A stretch of DNA of 64,000 nt, from the NCBI GenBank assembly GCA_964016885.1, contig OZ024745.1, forward strand, positions 120,962,001 through 121,026,000, read 5' to 3'. The position numbers and the translations under genes were made by a program. The notes under the pieces were generated by a model. It saw only the letters and a program-made list of their open reading frames with translations, was not told where the DNA came from and ran no database searches. This document shows positions 40,220-52,942 of this stretch, in pieces (the stretch's first letter is position 1; each line of letters begins with the position of its first letter). Origin of the DNA: Eledone cirrhosa (lineage: Eukaryota).

Positions 40220-40440
40220 GTACAGCCGAGCTCCTCCGCAAGATCGGAAGGCCTGTTTGAGGAAGGAGCCCCGCGAGATTGGGTGGCTGTTGCAGCGGGT
40301 GTCACTGGCCATTGTCCAGAGGAAAGCTTTTGCAGTCTTGTCCGCGGAGAACAGCCATTGTGCCCCCTTGATCTAGGCCCCAAGCCCAATCATCCTTCCC
40401 CTTCACCCCTCATCTCTCTTCTACAACACTAGAGTTCTTG
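40220..40440 (+). mobile_element. CRE-clade (RLE-type) non-LTR retrotransposon 3' remnant
   Basis: AELLRKIGR, then after a frameshift EPREIGWLLQRVSLAIVQRKAFAVLSA, resembling the CRE C-terminal DPRE..FL.QRLS.AI.RGNA..VL motif. The patch is GC-rich relative to its flanks. Confidence 0.6.
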
Positions 40441-41071
40441 CCATCCCCTCCCCATTCTTTTTTTTCTTTCTTTTTCTTTTTTTCTCTATATTTTCATTTC
40501 TTTTCTTTTTCTTTTTTTATTATTGTTATTATTATTGGCAGTATCGGTAGAGTGTTGGATGCCATGCTTTGCATCATAGAGTTACGCCCCTTTACGGTCT
40601 GAGTTCAAATCCCGCCAAGGTTAACTTTACCTTTCATCCTTACGGGGTCGATAAAATAAAGTACCAGTAATGCACTGGGATAATTGCCAAAAGTAGAAAC
40701 AGTTATTATCATTATTATTATGATTATTCTAGAAATAAAATATGAAATGATAAAAAAATATATATATTGGCCTCAGCTGGATGGCTAGAACAGGGAAAAG
40801 GGTAAAAGAGTATATATAAAAAAATTAACAAACATGTTTCTAGATATATTATGCTAAATCATTAGAGAATGTAAAGAGTTAATACTGCAAATTTTCATAA
40901 TTATCTGACCACTAGTAAAGATACTATAAACATTTGAATTAACAAACCTGTTTTTAGATATTTTCTGCTAAATCATTACAGAATGTTATGTGTGAATTCA
41001 TAGAAGATAAAAATAGCAGCCTATAAATGAGTGACAATGAAATATTTAAAATATCTGACAGAAATACTCAC

Positions 41072-41170
41072 CTGGTCTTTACATTTAGGACTTTAACCAT
41101 ACAAAGTAGAAATAATACAAAGTAGGTAACTTATAACAACCAACAATACACACAGGAAGTGGTAGGAGGG
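41072..41170 (-). other. possible non-coding 5' UTR exon of the SLC23 gene
   Basis: Perfect donor CAG|GTGAGT at 41072/41071 in non-repetitive sequence. The first coding exon has an acceptor, so an upstream exon must exist. The 5' boundary is a guess. Confidence 0.2.
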
Positions 41171-42131
41171 AACAAAGAAATTATTGAATATTTGTATGTC
41201 TGTGTGTGTAAGATATTGTGTGTATAGTGTGCATATTTATGTGTTTCTGCATGTTGCGTGTATGGTGTATGGTATGTATATGTAAGTCTGTGTGGATGGT
41301 ATAGATATATGTGTGTAAATAGGTGTGCCCACATGTATGTTGTGTCTATTCATATGTATGTGTACATAAATATATGAGCATGTATATGTGCACGTATATG
41401 CGCACGCATATATATGAGCATGTGTATGTGTGTGTATACATACACACATATAAATATATAAATGGAAAAAATGAAACAAAATTTCATTCTCACTCTTAAC
41501 GTATATATATATATATGTGTGTGCATGTATGTATATATACATACTACTGTATGTCTGTATACATATATGTATGTACGTATACATACTTATAGATATATAT
41601 GTTTGTATGTATGTGCAACTGTGGAAGAAAGTGATTAAGATAGTTTAATAGAGGATAGATTGTACATGAGAATCAGAATGAAATACAATAGTACATTGTT
41701 GTTGTTGTTGTTGTTAGTGGTGATGTTGCTGTCGTTTTTTTTGCAGGGGGGGGGGGGGGGCGGGGGGCGGGGGAGGTATTGAGGTCATCAATGTTGTTGT
41801 TGCTGTCATTGTTATTGTTGTTGTTGTCATTATCATTTCAAAAGTTTAAAATGCCTTGTTGAAACTTATATTTCTAGATAATGTTGTTATCAATCATGTG
41901 ACAATGGTGGATTGGAAAAAAAAATGTTGTGACATTAAGTTACAACCCTTTACATTATGAGTTCAAAACCTGTCATGGTTAACTTTGCCATTCATCTTTC
42001 CAGGGTTAAATAAGGTATCACCCACCAAACCAGAAATAATTGATGGTACTTTTTGTTTTCTCTTCCTCTCATCATATATTTTGGTTTGTTGTATTTGTGA
42101 GGTTCCTAGCAAATAGTTAATAGTATTTCTT

Positions 42132-43120
42132 ATGTGTTTATATATATGTGTGTGTTTATATGTGTGTGTGTTTATATATGTGTGTGCTTATATATGTGTG
42201 TGTTTATATATGTGTGTGTTTATATATGTGTGTGCTTATATATGTGTGTGTATATATATGTGTGTGTTTATATATGTGTGTGCTTATATATGTGTGTGTT
42301 TATATATGTGTGTGTTTATATATGTGTGTGTATATATATGTGTGTGCTTATATATGTGTGTGCTTATATATGTGTGTGCTTATATATGTGTGTGTTTATA
42401 TATGTGTGTGTATATATATGTGTGTGCTTATATATGTGTGTGTATATATATGTGTGTGTTTATATATGTGTGTGCTTATATATGTGTGTGTTTATATATG
42501 TGTGTGTTTATATATGTGTGTTTATATATGTGTGCTTATATATGTGTGCTTATATATGTGTGCTTATATATGTGTGTGTTTATATATATGTGTTTATATA
42601 TGTGTGTGCTTATATATATATGTGCTTATATATGTGTGTGTGCTTATATATATATGTGTGTACTTATATATATATGTGTGTGTGCCTATATATGTGTGAG
42701 CTTATACATGTGCGTGTTTATATGTGTGTGCTTATATATGTGTGTGCTTATATATGTGTGTGCTTATATATGTGTGTGTTTATATATATATGTGTGTGCT
42801 TATATATGTGTGTGCTTATATATGTGTGTGCTTATATATATATATATGTGCTTATATATGTGTGTGTGCTTATATATATATATGTGTGCTTATATATATA
42901 TGTGTGTGCTTATGTGTGAGCTTATACATGTGCGTGTTTATATGTGTGTGCTTATATATGTGCGTGTTTATATGTGTGTGCTTATATATGTAAGTGTCTA
43001 TATATGTGTGCTTATATATGTGTGTGTTTATATATGTGTGTGTATGTACATATATCTATGTACATAGATATATGTACATATATTTGTGTACATATATCTA
43101 TGTACACAAATATATGTACA
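42132..43120. repeat. compound (TA)n(TG)n microsatellite, period about 16 bp
   Basis: Unit ttatatatgtgtgtg(c/t). It produces the spurious YICV ORFs. Confidence 0.95.
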
Positions 43121-44327
43121 TATATTTTAATATATTAAAAATGAAAAGCAATACACATAATAAAACTGAAGAAAGAAAAACATTATTTCATTAAGAGACA
43201 ATAAAGAAGCTTTAATGGTTGTTGAACCTGCAAGAAATAGCAGCCAGAATCCCTCTTTGAATCATGACTCACCACTTTAAATAAGAAAAGGGCACACTAA
43301 ATAATTGTTTCTACTTTTGACACAAGGCTAGCAATTACCCTAATGTATTACTGGTGTTTCCCAGATACTCCTCAAAAGATTTGAAAGTCATTGCCAGAAT
43401 TTCTTTGATAATAGGTCAGCTTGATTAGAGTTGAGCTAAATAACACCTGTTTCTCTATGAGCCAATGAAGAGGCCATGCAAGAAATAACAGGCAAATCTT
43501 CCTCAAAGTACTCTTTATTATCTTAAAAAGGGAGAGATATGTTAAATCTGTTTTTGTTTGTTTTATATACACAATGCCCAAACAAAACAGTGTTGTCATG
43601 GTAGGAATGTCTTTGATGATAGATCTGCTTCATCAGGACCAACCTAAGCTAAACAACAATTTCACTTCACCTAGATCACTAGTCTTGGTGAACATTCCTT
43701 CACTTATATAGATTTGACAGTTTGAGTTCAATTAAGAAGTGTTTTTTTTTTGGGGGGGGGGGGGGGGCTTTTGTTGTTTTTTGTGTTATAGGAAATCATG
43801 ATCGTGATCATCATTATCATCATCATCATCATGCAGTTATTTTCTATGCTTGCATAGGTCAAATAAGTCAATCCTTTTATGTCATAGTTCTAAAACTATT
43901 TTCGCAGCCTTTTATTTTCAGCCATATGATTATCATACTATTTTACATGTTTTCCCATGCTGACAAGGATTAGACAGTTTTAATCCGGTACCATGTCATG
44001 CCACTAGTTGTGATATATGGACTTATAATTGATGTTGGAATCCTAAGCACGCCATAGAGTCATACAGCATGTCTTGGGCATTTTAAACCTGGCAAAGCCC
44101 ATCCCTCTCCAGATCTGAACACAGCTAATTTCTTCCAGAAAGAGAGAGGGATGAAGAATCAACCCCAGTTTTTTTTTATCAACCTCTTATAAATATATTC
44201 TTTTCTTAAGTTAAAAAAAAAAAAAAATATTAAGAAATGAATGTATTTGTTTTTGTGGATTATTTTCTATCTTGGGTATGTTGCTGAAGCCACATTTCAA
44301 TCAATATTTTTTCTAATTATTTTTAGT

Positions 44328-45757
44328 TGAGCGATTCTCCACCTGGGGGCGCATGCCTCGCTGGGGAGCAATAATTGTTTCTACTTTTGGCACAAGGCCA
44401 ACAATTACCCAGTGCATTACTGGTACTTTATTTTATCGACCCTGTAAGGATGAAAGGCTAAGTTAACCTCGGCGGGATTTGAACTCAGTCCGTAAAGGGA
44501 CGTAATTGTGCTGCAAAGCATGGCGTCCGACCCTCTACCGACACTGCCAATCCACCGCCCTTATAGCAATAATAAAATGGTTTTACTTCAGATTTTACTT
44601 TATTACTTTTAATTCAAAGCAACTTTGGTACACATTACTGTCAGAAACTCCTGTCTCACCTCCACCACACATGTTATTGTGTATCTGGCACCACCTATAT
44701 GGTACACATCACTGTCAGAAACTCCTGTCTCACCTCCACCACACATGTTACTGTGTATCTGGCACCACCTATATGGTACACATCACTGTCAGAAACTCCT
44801 GTCTCACCTCCACCACACATGTTACTGTGTATCTGGCACCACCTATATGGTACACATTACTGTCAGAAACTCCTGTCTCACCTCCACCACACATGTTACT
44901 GTGTATCTGGCACCACCTATATGGTACACATTACTGTCAGAAACTCCTGTCTCACCTCCTCCACATGTTACTGTGTATCTGGCACCACCTATATGGTACG
45001 CATCACTGTCAGAAACTCCTGTCTCACCTCCTCCACATGTTACTGTGTATCTGGCACCACCTATATGGTACACATCACTGTCAGAAACTCCTGTCTCACC
45101 TCCTCCACATGTTACTGTGTATCTGGCACCACCTATTTGGTACACATCACTGTCAGAAACTCCTGTCTCACCTCCTCCACACATGTTATTGTGTATCTGG
45201 CACCACCTATATGGTAAACATTACTGTCAGAAACTCCTGTCTCACCTCCACCACACATGTTATTGTGTATCTAGCACCACCTATATGGTACACATCACTG
45301 TCAGAAACTCCTGTCTCACCTCTACACATGTTACTGTGTATCTGGCACCACCTATATGGTACACATCACTGTCAGAAACTCCTGTCTCACCTCTACACAT
45401 GTTACTGTGTATCTGGCACCACCTATATGGTACACATCACTGTCAGAAACTCCTGTCTCACCTCCTCCACACATGTTATTGTGTATCTGGCACCACCTAT
45501 ATGGTACACATCACTGTCAGAAACTCCTGTCTCACCTCCTCCACATGTTATTGTGTGTCTGGCACCACCTATATGGTACACATCACTGTCAGAAACTCCC
45601 GTCTCACCTCCACACATGTTATTGTGTATCTGGCACCACCTATATGCCAATTTGTTTAGACTTTGCAGTTGATCATTGCTGTTTTCATATCAAAAGGCGG
45701 CATAACAATTTTTGAGATGTTAAGTGAGGTATGGTGCACAAAAGGTTGGGAACCACT
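44328..45757. mobile_element. decayed hAT MITE containing a SINE and a 74-bp minisatellite
   Basis: Left end agcgattctccacctgggggcgcatgcc; right end aaaaggttgggaaccact (CAGTGGTTCCCAACC-type TIR). Confidence 0.5.
44627..45645. repeat. 71-74-bp minisatellite, 14 copies
   Basis: Unit ggtacacatcactgtcagaaactcctgtctcacctccaccacacatgttactgtgtatctggcaccacctatat. Confidence 0.97.
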
Positions 45758-46548
45758 TTAAGTGATATCCAAATGTATGGCAACCTCCCTAATGTTGATA
45801 CCATGATAAAATGCAACCAGTACACTCTGTAGAACACAAAAATGTATGTAAGCAAGATATTGCCCTCACCTGCTCTAAGGTGTCAATAATGTCAAGTACT
45901 GACTTGGTTTGTGATGACCAACTCTTGCTAGCAGGGAAAATGAACATTAAATGATGATGGTTTTTTAGCTAAGGGATTGACCCTAGAACCAATAGTACCA
46001 GCTGTGTCTGCTGTTCTAACTATAAGAATATTGTCCAAGAAGATGTCATTTGAAGGTATTAAACAGTAGCCTTAAGTATTTGTGCAATAATCTTCGCTGA
46101 CTTCAATTGCTGAAATAATGGTGACTGTCACCATTATTTCTCCCCACGTGAGGATGGTGTATTGGGAGTATTGGTAAAGTGTTGGACAACATGCTTTGCA
46201 GCTTAGAGTTGCGTTTCGAGTTCAAATCCTGCCAAGGTTAGCTTTGCCTTTCATCCTTACAGGTTGATAAAATAAAGTACCAGTAATGCCCTGTGGTTGA
46301 CTTTAATTGTCCCCCCCCCCCAAAAAAAAATTGATGGCCTATTGCCTCAATCAGAAACCATTATTTCCCCCCCTGTCTTCTTTTGTTACAGGTACATGGA
46401 AGTATAATTTTGATAGGTTTCGGCCATGTCTAACTTAATAGCACCACCTGGCTCTATACAATACCTTTTCAACCCAAATCTGTTATTCATTCATATCACA
46501 TATCCATACTCATGCTGTCATTTTTCCTACTATATTGGCAGATACCTT

Positions 46549-47244
46549 TAACCCTTTCCTTACTATATTTCTAATGAAAGACACTACTTATAACTTTCAA
46601 ATCATTTCAAATATAATAAAAAAGGTGGATAGATTTAGTAATATAACTATCATTCTTGATGGCAGAATTGTTAGAGTGCCAGACAAATCCTTGGCAGTAT
46701 TTCCTTTAGCTCTTTATTCTCTGAGTTTAAATCCTGCCAAAGTCAACTTTGCCTTTCATCTTTGCAGGGTCAATAAAATATAGTACCAGTCAAGTACTAG
46801 AGTCAATATAATCAACCTTCACTGTCTCTCCAAATTGCTGACCTTGTGCCCAAATTAGAAACCATTCTTAAGCTGGTGTTTGGAACATAACTTAAAGGTT
46901 CTTACATAAAATAATGATGGTTTGATTTAGGTGGCAAAGCTAACAATTTGGGGGGAGGAGGAAATCTATTAAATCAACCCAAGTGCATTACTGGTACACT
47001 ATTTTATCAACCCCGTAAGGATGAAAGACAAAGCTAACCTCAGCAGGATTTGAACTCAATATATAAGGGTACGTAACTATATGCCACAAATCATGTTATC
47101 CGATGCTCTACCAATCCACTGCCAGTCCAGTGCCCTGACATAAAATTATAATGGAAGGTTTTTAGACAAATATACTGTTTAAAATGAATAGCTTAACATC
47201 ATAGAACTGGTAGGCGATCAGGTGGTTTGATATGAAAAGGATTA
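46549..47244. mobile_element. second piggyBac-like MITE family with two nested SINEs
   Basis: ttaa|ccctttcctta ... atatgaaaagga|ttaa. Related left ends at about 62569 and 63188. Confidence 0.5.
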
Positions 47245-47580
47245 AATATAGGTACTATCCCAGTTCACTTATATTCCACCTTTCATATAGGTTAATATTT
47301 ATTACACATATAATATCATAATCCCCACCCCCATTTCTCTTCAATAGCCATCTCTCACTACCATGCAATGCTCATCTCTCACTACCATGCAGTACCACAT
47401 CTGCACAAATACTTTATAAATATATTCTATCTATTGTATGAAGAGAAAAATGTTTACTGTCAATAAAGCCAACAGCTAACTCAACATTTTTTCCTCCAAC
47501 CTTTTATCCTTTAGCAACTATGATTTCATAATATCCACTGCCAGAAGTAATTAGATCATTTATGATAAGTGTTCTCATTG

Positions 47581-47920
47581 AGGCACATGGCTTAGTGGTT
47601 AGAGCATTGGCCTTGCATTCGAAAGGTTGTGAGTCCAATTCTCAGGCTGGGTGATGTGTTGTTTCCTTGAGCAAGACACTTTATTTCACATTGCTCCAGT
47701 TTACTCAGCTGTAGAAATGAGATGATAGGACTGGGGTCCATATCATTCCACTGCAAAGTGGTCGTGGAGGTGCCACGGAAAAAAAGCACCCAGCACTCAC
47801 TGTAAATGAGGTTGGTGTTAGGAAGGGCATCCAGCTGTAGAAATCAAGCCAGAATCAGTTCCCGTCCCACCCTTGCAAGCAGGGAAAAGCAGGCGTAAAA
47901 TGATGATGATGATGATGATC
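47581..47920 (+). mobile_element. tRNA-derived SINE family 2 with RTE-type 3' tail
   Basis: Head tggcttagtggttagag, core gtttccttgagcaagacact, tail ccttgcaagc...(gat)n. Relatives at about 7820-8105, 10030-10250, 13158-13420, 15468-15745, 32290-32680, 36990-37235, 61208-61543 and 62205-62400. Confidence 0.85.
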
Positions 47921-47946
47921 TAGTTGTTTATCAACATAACATGATA

Positions 47947-48264
47947 CAGTTGTCGTCGTCCCCCACCCCGGTATTTGCTGGGGTTACCTTCCTAGAACAC
48001 CCGCGAAGAGTGAAAAACCGAGAATATTGGACATGGTCCATAACAATGTCTATAAATATCAAGTCTATAAAATATATGCCAGCAAATACGGTATATTGTT
48101 ATTAATAATCTAGCGTTAAAAGGCGTGATAAAATATATATTGCCATGAAAAGTCGTTAAAAAAATTGTGGACAATATTTACGATTCGGCAAATATTCAGT
48201 GGTTTCCACGAACAATTATTAGTTAGATTTTAAGGGAAATTCCGTGAATGCCAGGGGAACACTG
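47947..48264. mobile_element. Tigger/pogo-like MITE
   Basis: TA-flanked CAG...CTG, internally similar to 1320-1625. Confidence 0.7.
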
Positions 48265-49175
48265 TATTTGACCACCATGCCTTTGTATGTGTGAGGGAGT
48301 GCTAATGTTCTGTTTTATTCAAAACTTTAAAACATTCCAGATTTTTGTTCCAGTAAAAGATATCTTTATTTCTTAAAGGTTTATTTGTAATATGTGGTGG
48401 TTTCAACGAACAGTTATTAGTTAGGGTCTAAAGAAAGATCCGCGAATAACCGGGACCACGAATGTCGGGACTGTAAATGCTGGGGGTACACTGTACTCAA
48501 GAAATTAACAGTAAGTGGTAGAGCATTTAATAGGTATGTATACCCTTAACATAATTCTCAGGGAGATTCAGCATAGCACAGTGTATGACAATACTGGTAC
48601 TGGTCCTTTAAATTACTGATTCAGTTCAACTCACAAGCTTCTAAACAGTTTTTGTCCACTTAATTTCACTCACTTTATTTCTAATGAAAAACACTGCTTA
48701 TAATTTTAAAACTAATGAAGAATTTGAGGGATTTTGTAAAATAACTAAGCTCTCCCTTATTAAATGGGTGTTTGGAATATAACTTAACAAAATTCTTAAA
48801 TTATGATTGAAAGTTTTTAGATAAGTATAGACACTTTAAAACAAAGAGTTTTGTATTGAGAGTGGTTTCCAAAGATTCGGTACTGGAAGAGATTATCACA
48901 AGTTATGTTTGTGTGATCAATACTTCAAATACACTAATCATCTTCATTAAACGTCCATTGTTCCTGCTAGTAAAGGTTAAATGGATTGTCTCGAACAGGT
49001 CATCTCGCTTACATAAGTTCCTACAATTTACAGGGTGCACCAGGTGCATTTTATCATGGCACCAGCACTAGGGAGGTTGTCATGTGTCCTTGATAACTGA
49101 TGAATCCTCTAATTCCTTTTTTGCATGGCTTCTATGGCTGTAAACCCTTTCTAACACCAACCACATTGGTGATAA

Positions 49176-49587
49176 TTAATCCTTTAACATTTATATTACT
49201 CTATATATACTTGTTTCTACTTTAGGCACAAGACCAGCAATTACCCAGTGCATTACTGGTACTTTATTTTATCGACCCCGTAAGGATGAAAGGCAAAGTC
49301 AACCTCGGCGGGATTTGAACTCAGATTGTAAAGGGACGTAACTATGCTTGAAAGCATGGCGTCCGACCCTCTACCGATATTACTCTATATATACTATTGT
49401 ATTTACATGGTAAACACTTTACCTCACATAATTATCTCACATAATATTGAATCTATGAGATTTTGGTATTATTTATTTTGAGAACAATACCTTAACACCA
49501 GTATGAGTGGCCAGTAATGGCTGGTTTGAACAGGAAAGGTGAGAGAATTTTGGTTGGATATGGCTGGTTGAAATGCTAAAGAGTTAA
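49176..49587. mobile_element. piggyBac-type MITE with inserted SINE
   Basis: TTAA-flanked TIRs. SINE 49212-49376 is flanked by the 19-bp TSD atattactctatatatact (49193-49211 and 49377-49395). Confidence 0.8.
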
Positions 49588-51824
49588 ATGAAAAAACAGC
49601 CAAGATGTTAAAGAAATATTTTAACATATTTTAATTTCTTCTCATTTATCGAGGTATAAATTTAACCTTTTAGCATTTAAATTAGCCAGAATTCTCTCAC
49701 CTCTTTCTGTTCAAACCGGCTGCTCATACTGATGTTAAGGTTTTGTTCTCAGAATAAATAATATCAAAATCTCATAGGTTCGATATTATGTGAGATAATT
49801 ATATGGGATAAAGTGTTTACCATGAAAATACAACAATAAATATAGAGTAATGTAAATCCTAAAGGCTTAAGTATGTTTATAGTCAATATACATTTATTTT
49901 CTAGTGAATCATACCTCATTATAACATGTTAAAATTTAAACTGAATTAAATCAGCTGCAGTCATACCAGTTGAAAATAACAGATAGACCCAACATCCACT
50001 TCAAACCTTGAGAGGTTACCAGTGAGGGAGTACTAATAATGTAATCAGATATAAAAATAACTGTTTCAGGAATAATATGCCGAAAATTGAATGTAAACAA
50101 CTTACAAGCACACCTGCAGCCTGCACAAAGGTTTTTACAGCATAAATATGTTTTATCTTTGTAATGTAATTTTTTTTTAATTAGTTGTAATGTGCGCAAT
50201 TAGTTGTCATGTGTGGTCATCAGACAACATATATGTGACTCATTTGGCCCTCTGGGGACCCTAAGTTTGACATGCTTGCTCTAAGGAACAATGGGTAAAT
50301 GTATATCCTGATTTGAAATAATGCTTCTTTAAATTTTTGATAAGGGTACATTTGCTATTGAAATAATGTGTCTACAAATTACTTTATTACTGTAATGTTA
50401 ACTGATTTTCTGAAGACAACGAAATCCAGTATAAAGTCAACATAGAAGACAATGACAAACAAGTACAGCACCACTATCAGCACCATCACTCAACAGGGGA
50501 TTTAGAACCCTCCAAGAAATGGAAAAACACGAGTATTGACTCCCATGTACATCAATAGTCATCTTTTTCCATTTCTCAGAGGGTTCTAAACCCGACTATC
50601 AGGCTAAAATTTCTTTAGTCATAAAATACACCCGAAGCTTCTATTTCTAATTGTTTCAATGCCTTGACACATATCTGCCACTTGTAAACAAAATACTTTA
50701 GGTTTGTATAAAGAAGATGAATAGGATGTTGTAACATGTACAGAAATGGTAGATGTTGTTGTTGTTGTTGTTGTTATTGTTTAACCTCAGATCAATTAGA
50801 CCTCATATTAAAAGTGGCCATGACCATCCATCTGTTTTTAGACATAATATATCTAAGACTACATTATCCAGTATATGTTCCCTTTTAGGGCAGCAGCTAT
50901 GTGATTTAAGAGAGATTTGGCTGCTATTCCTAGCAGGTTAAATGACTATATAATGCTGGTGCAGCATCTATTGTTGTTGTTATTTAGCTCCAAGTTCTGG
51001 CAGTGTTTGAGTTGTTTGTGTGTGCAGATAAACAAGCATGAGAACATATTCAATACATGCAGTAGTGTTTACTTATTAGTTGAAAAACACATAAGTACTA
51101 ACATAACTAATTAGTATGTCAATGGCAGTGCACCAACATGGCCTTAGCCAATATGGCTAAAACAAACTAAAATACATGTGATGTTGTCTGTGATGTGATA
51201 TTGAAAACACAACATACTTTCATATTTTATAGTAGTGGTGGTGGTAGTGATAATTGTTTCTACTTTAGGCACAAGGCCAGCAATTACCCAGTGCATTACT
51301 GGTACTTTATTTTATCGACCCCGTAAAGATGAAAGGCAAAGTCAACCTCGGCGGGATTTGAACTCAAATCGTAAAAGGACGTAACTATGCTGGAAAGCAT
51401 GGCTTCCGACCCTCTACCGATACTGCCAATTAGTGATAATGGTGGATGATCGGAATGGTGAGGTAGGGATGATAGTATTACTGTTGCTGATGATGTTCTT
51501 GTGTTTGGTGGTGGTGGTGTATTTGAAGAGGAAGGGGTGGTGATAGTTGTGATAGTAGTTGATCTGATAGTGACCATCATCCACCACTATAAATACTTTC
51601 ATGTTTTCATATAAAGCCTTGATATTTCAACCCATCCTACTCTTATATTGTAGGTCAAATGTTTGTGGTGATGGTTGTTAACTAGTTATAGGCAAAGGAC
51701 AGCATCTCCTGTTTCTTTTCCTTATCATAAGGCTACAAATTTTTTAAATAGTGGTTTCAAATTTCTTTTCGCATTCAAGAAATGTGTCATGTATCAATTT
51801 GTCACAAGATGCACTGTCTTTGAC

Positions 51825-52310
51825 TACATCATAAACACACCCAAAGTGGTGTACTGACATGCCCTACATCACAGACACACCCAAAGTGGTGTACTGACAT
51901 GCCCTACATCACAGACACACACTAAGTGGTGTACTGACATGCCCTTCATCACAGACACACACAAAGTGGTGTACAGACATGCCCTACATCACAGACACAC
52001 ACTAAGTGGTGTACTGACATGCCCTTCATCACAGACACACACAAAGTGGTGTACTGACATGCCCTACATCACAGACACACACAAAGTGGTGTACAGACAT
52101 GCCCTACATCACAGACACACACTAAGTGGTGTACTGACATGCCCTTCATCACAGACACACACAAAGTGGTGTACAGACATGCCCTACATCATAGACACAC
52201 ACTAAGTGGTGTATGACATGCCCTACATCACAGACACACACTAAGTGGAGTATTGACACGCCCTTCATCATAGACACACACCCAAAGTGGTGTACTGACA
52301 CGCTCAGCAT
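51825..52310. repeat. 40-bp minisatellite, about 12 copies
   Basis: Unit gacatgccctacatcacagacacacactaagtggtgtact. Confidence 0.95.
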
Positions 52311-52889
52311 CAAAGGTTCTCAACGGGGGGAGGGAGGGGGAGGGGTTCTGAGCTCCTGGAGGTGTTTGAAGCTTCGGGAGGGGCTGGAAGCCCCTTTAGT
52401 TTGGTAAGTTTTATAAGTCATATTTGTACGTCTCTGAGACAGCCAGTGTGAATGCATTTGAATGAAGAAAACAAAGAAAATAAATAAAAGAAGCTTGTCA
52501 ACGAATTCCCTAGGGAGATAAAAGAAAAACAAAAGAAATCAAAGAGAATGAAAATAAGTACATCAACTTTTACAACAGTTACAAGAACAGCTTCAACAGA
52601 AATGACAACAAAAAGAAGCAATGGCGGCGAAAGGTGTGGGTGTATACATATACATACATACGAACACACACACACACAGGCCGGCCGGCGTTAGTGTTTG
52701 ATGAGGTTGAGAACCTGGTCAGCTTTCAGCCAGAGCTGTGGTATTTAATCTCCCTAGGTAATAAAATCTGGAGAGAGAATTTTTTCCTTCCCCCCAAAAA
52801 ACATAAATTATGTCAACATCCTTACACACTTAAATATAAATGCATGTATATATGCATAGCTATATACATACGTAAATGTATGTATGTAG

Positions 52890-52935
<46 letters not shown>

Positions 52936-52942
52936 TAGTTAG

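Noticed and set aside
44506-45715. 388-aa and 344-aa ORFs with repeated His/Cys motifs
   Set aside because: They are translations of the 74-bp minisatellite, open in several frames, with no splice or domain support.
50410-50435. CTGAAGA-caac-GAAA hammerhead-like string
   Set aside because: No stem II and no convincing stem III.
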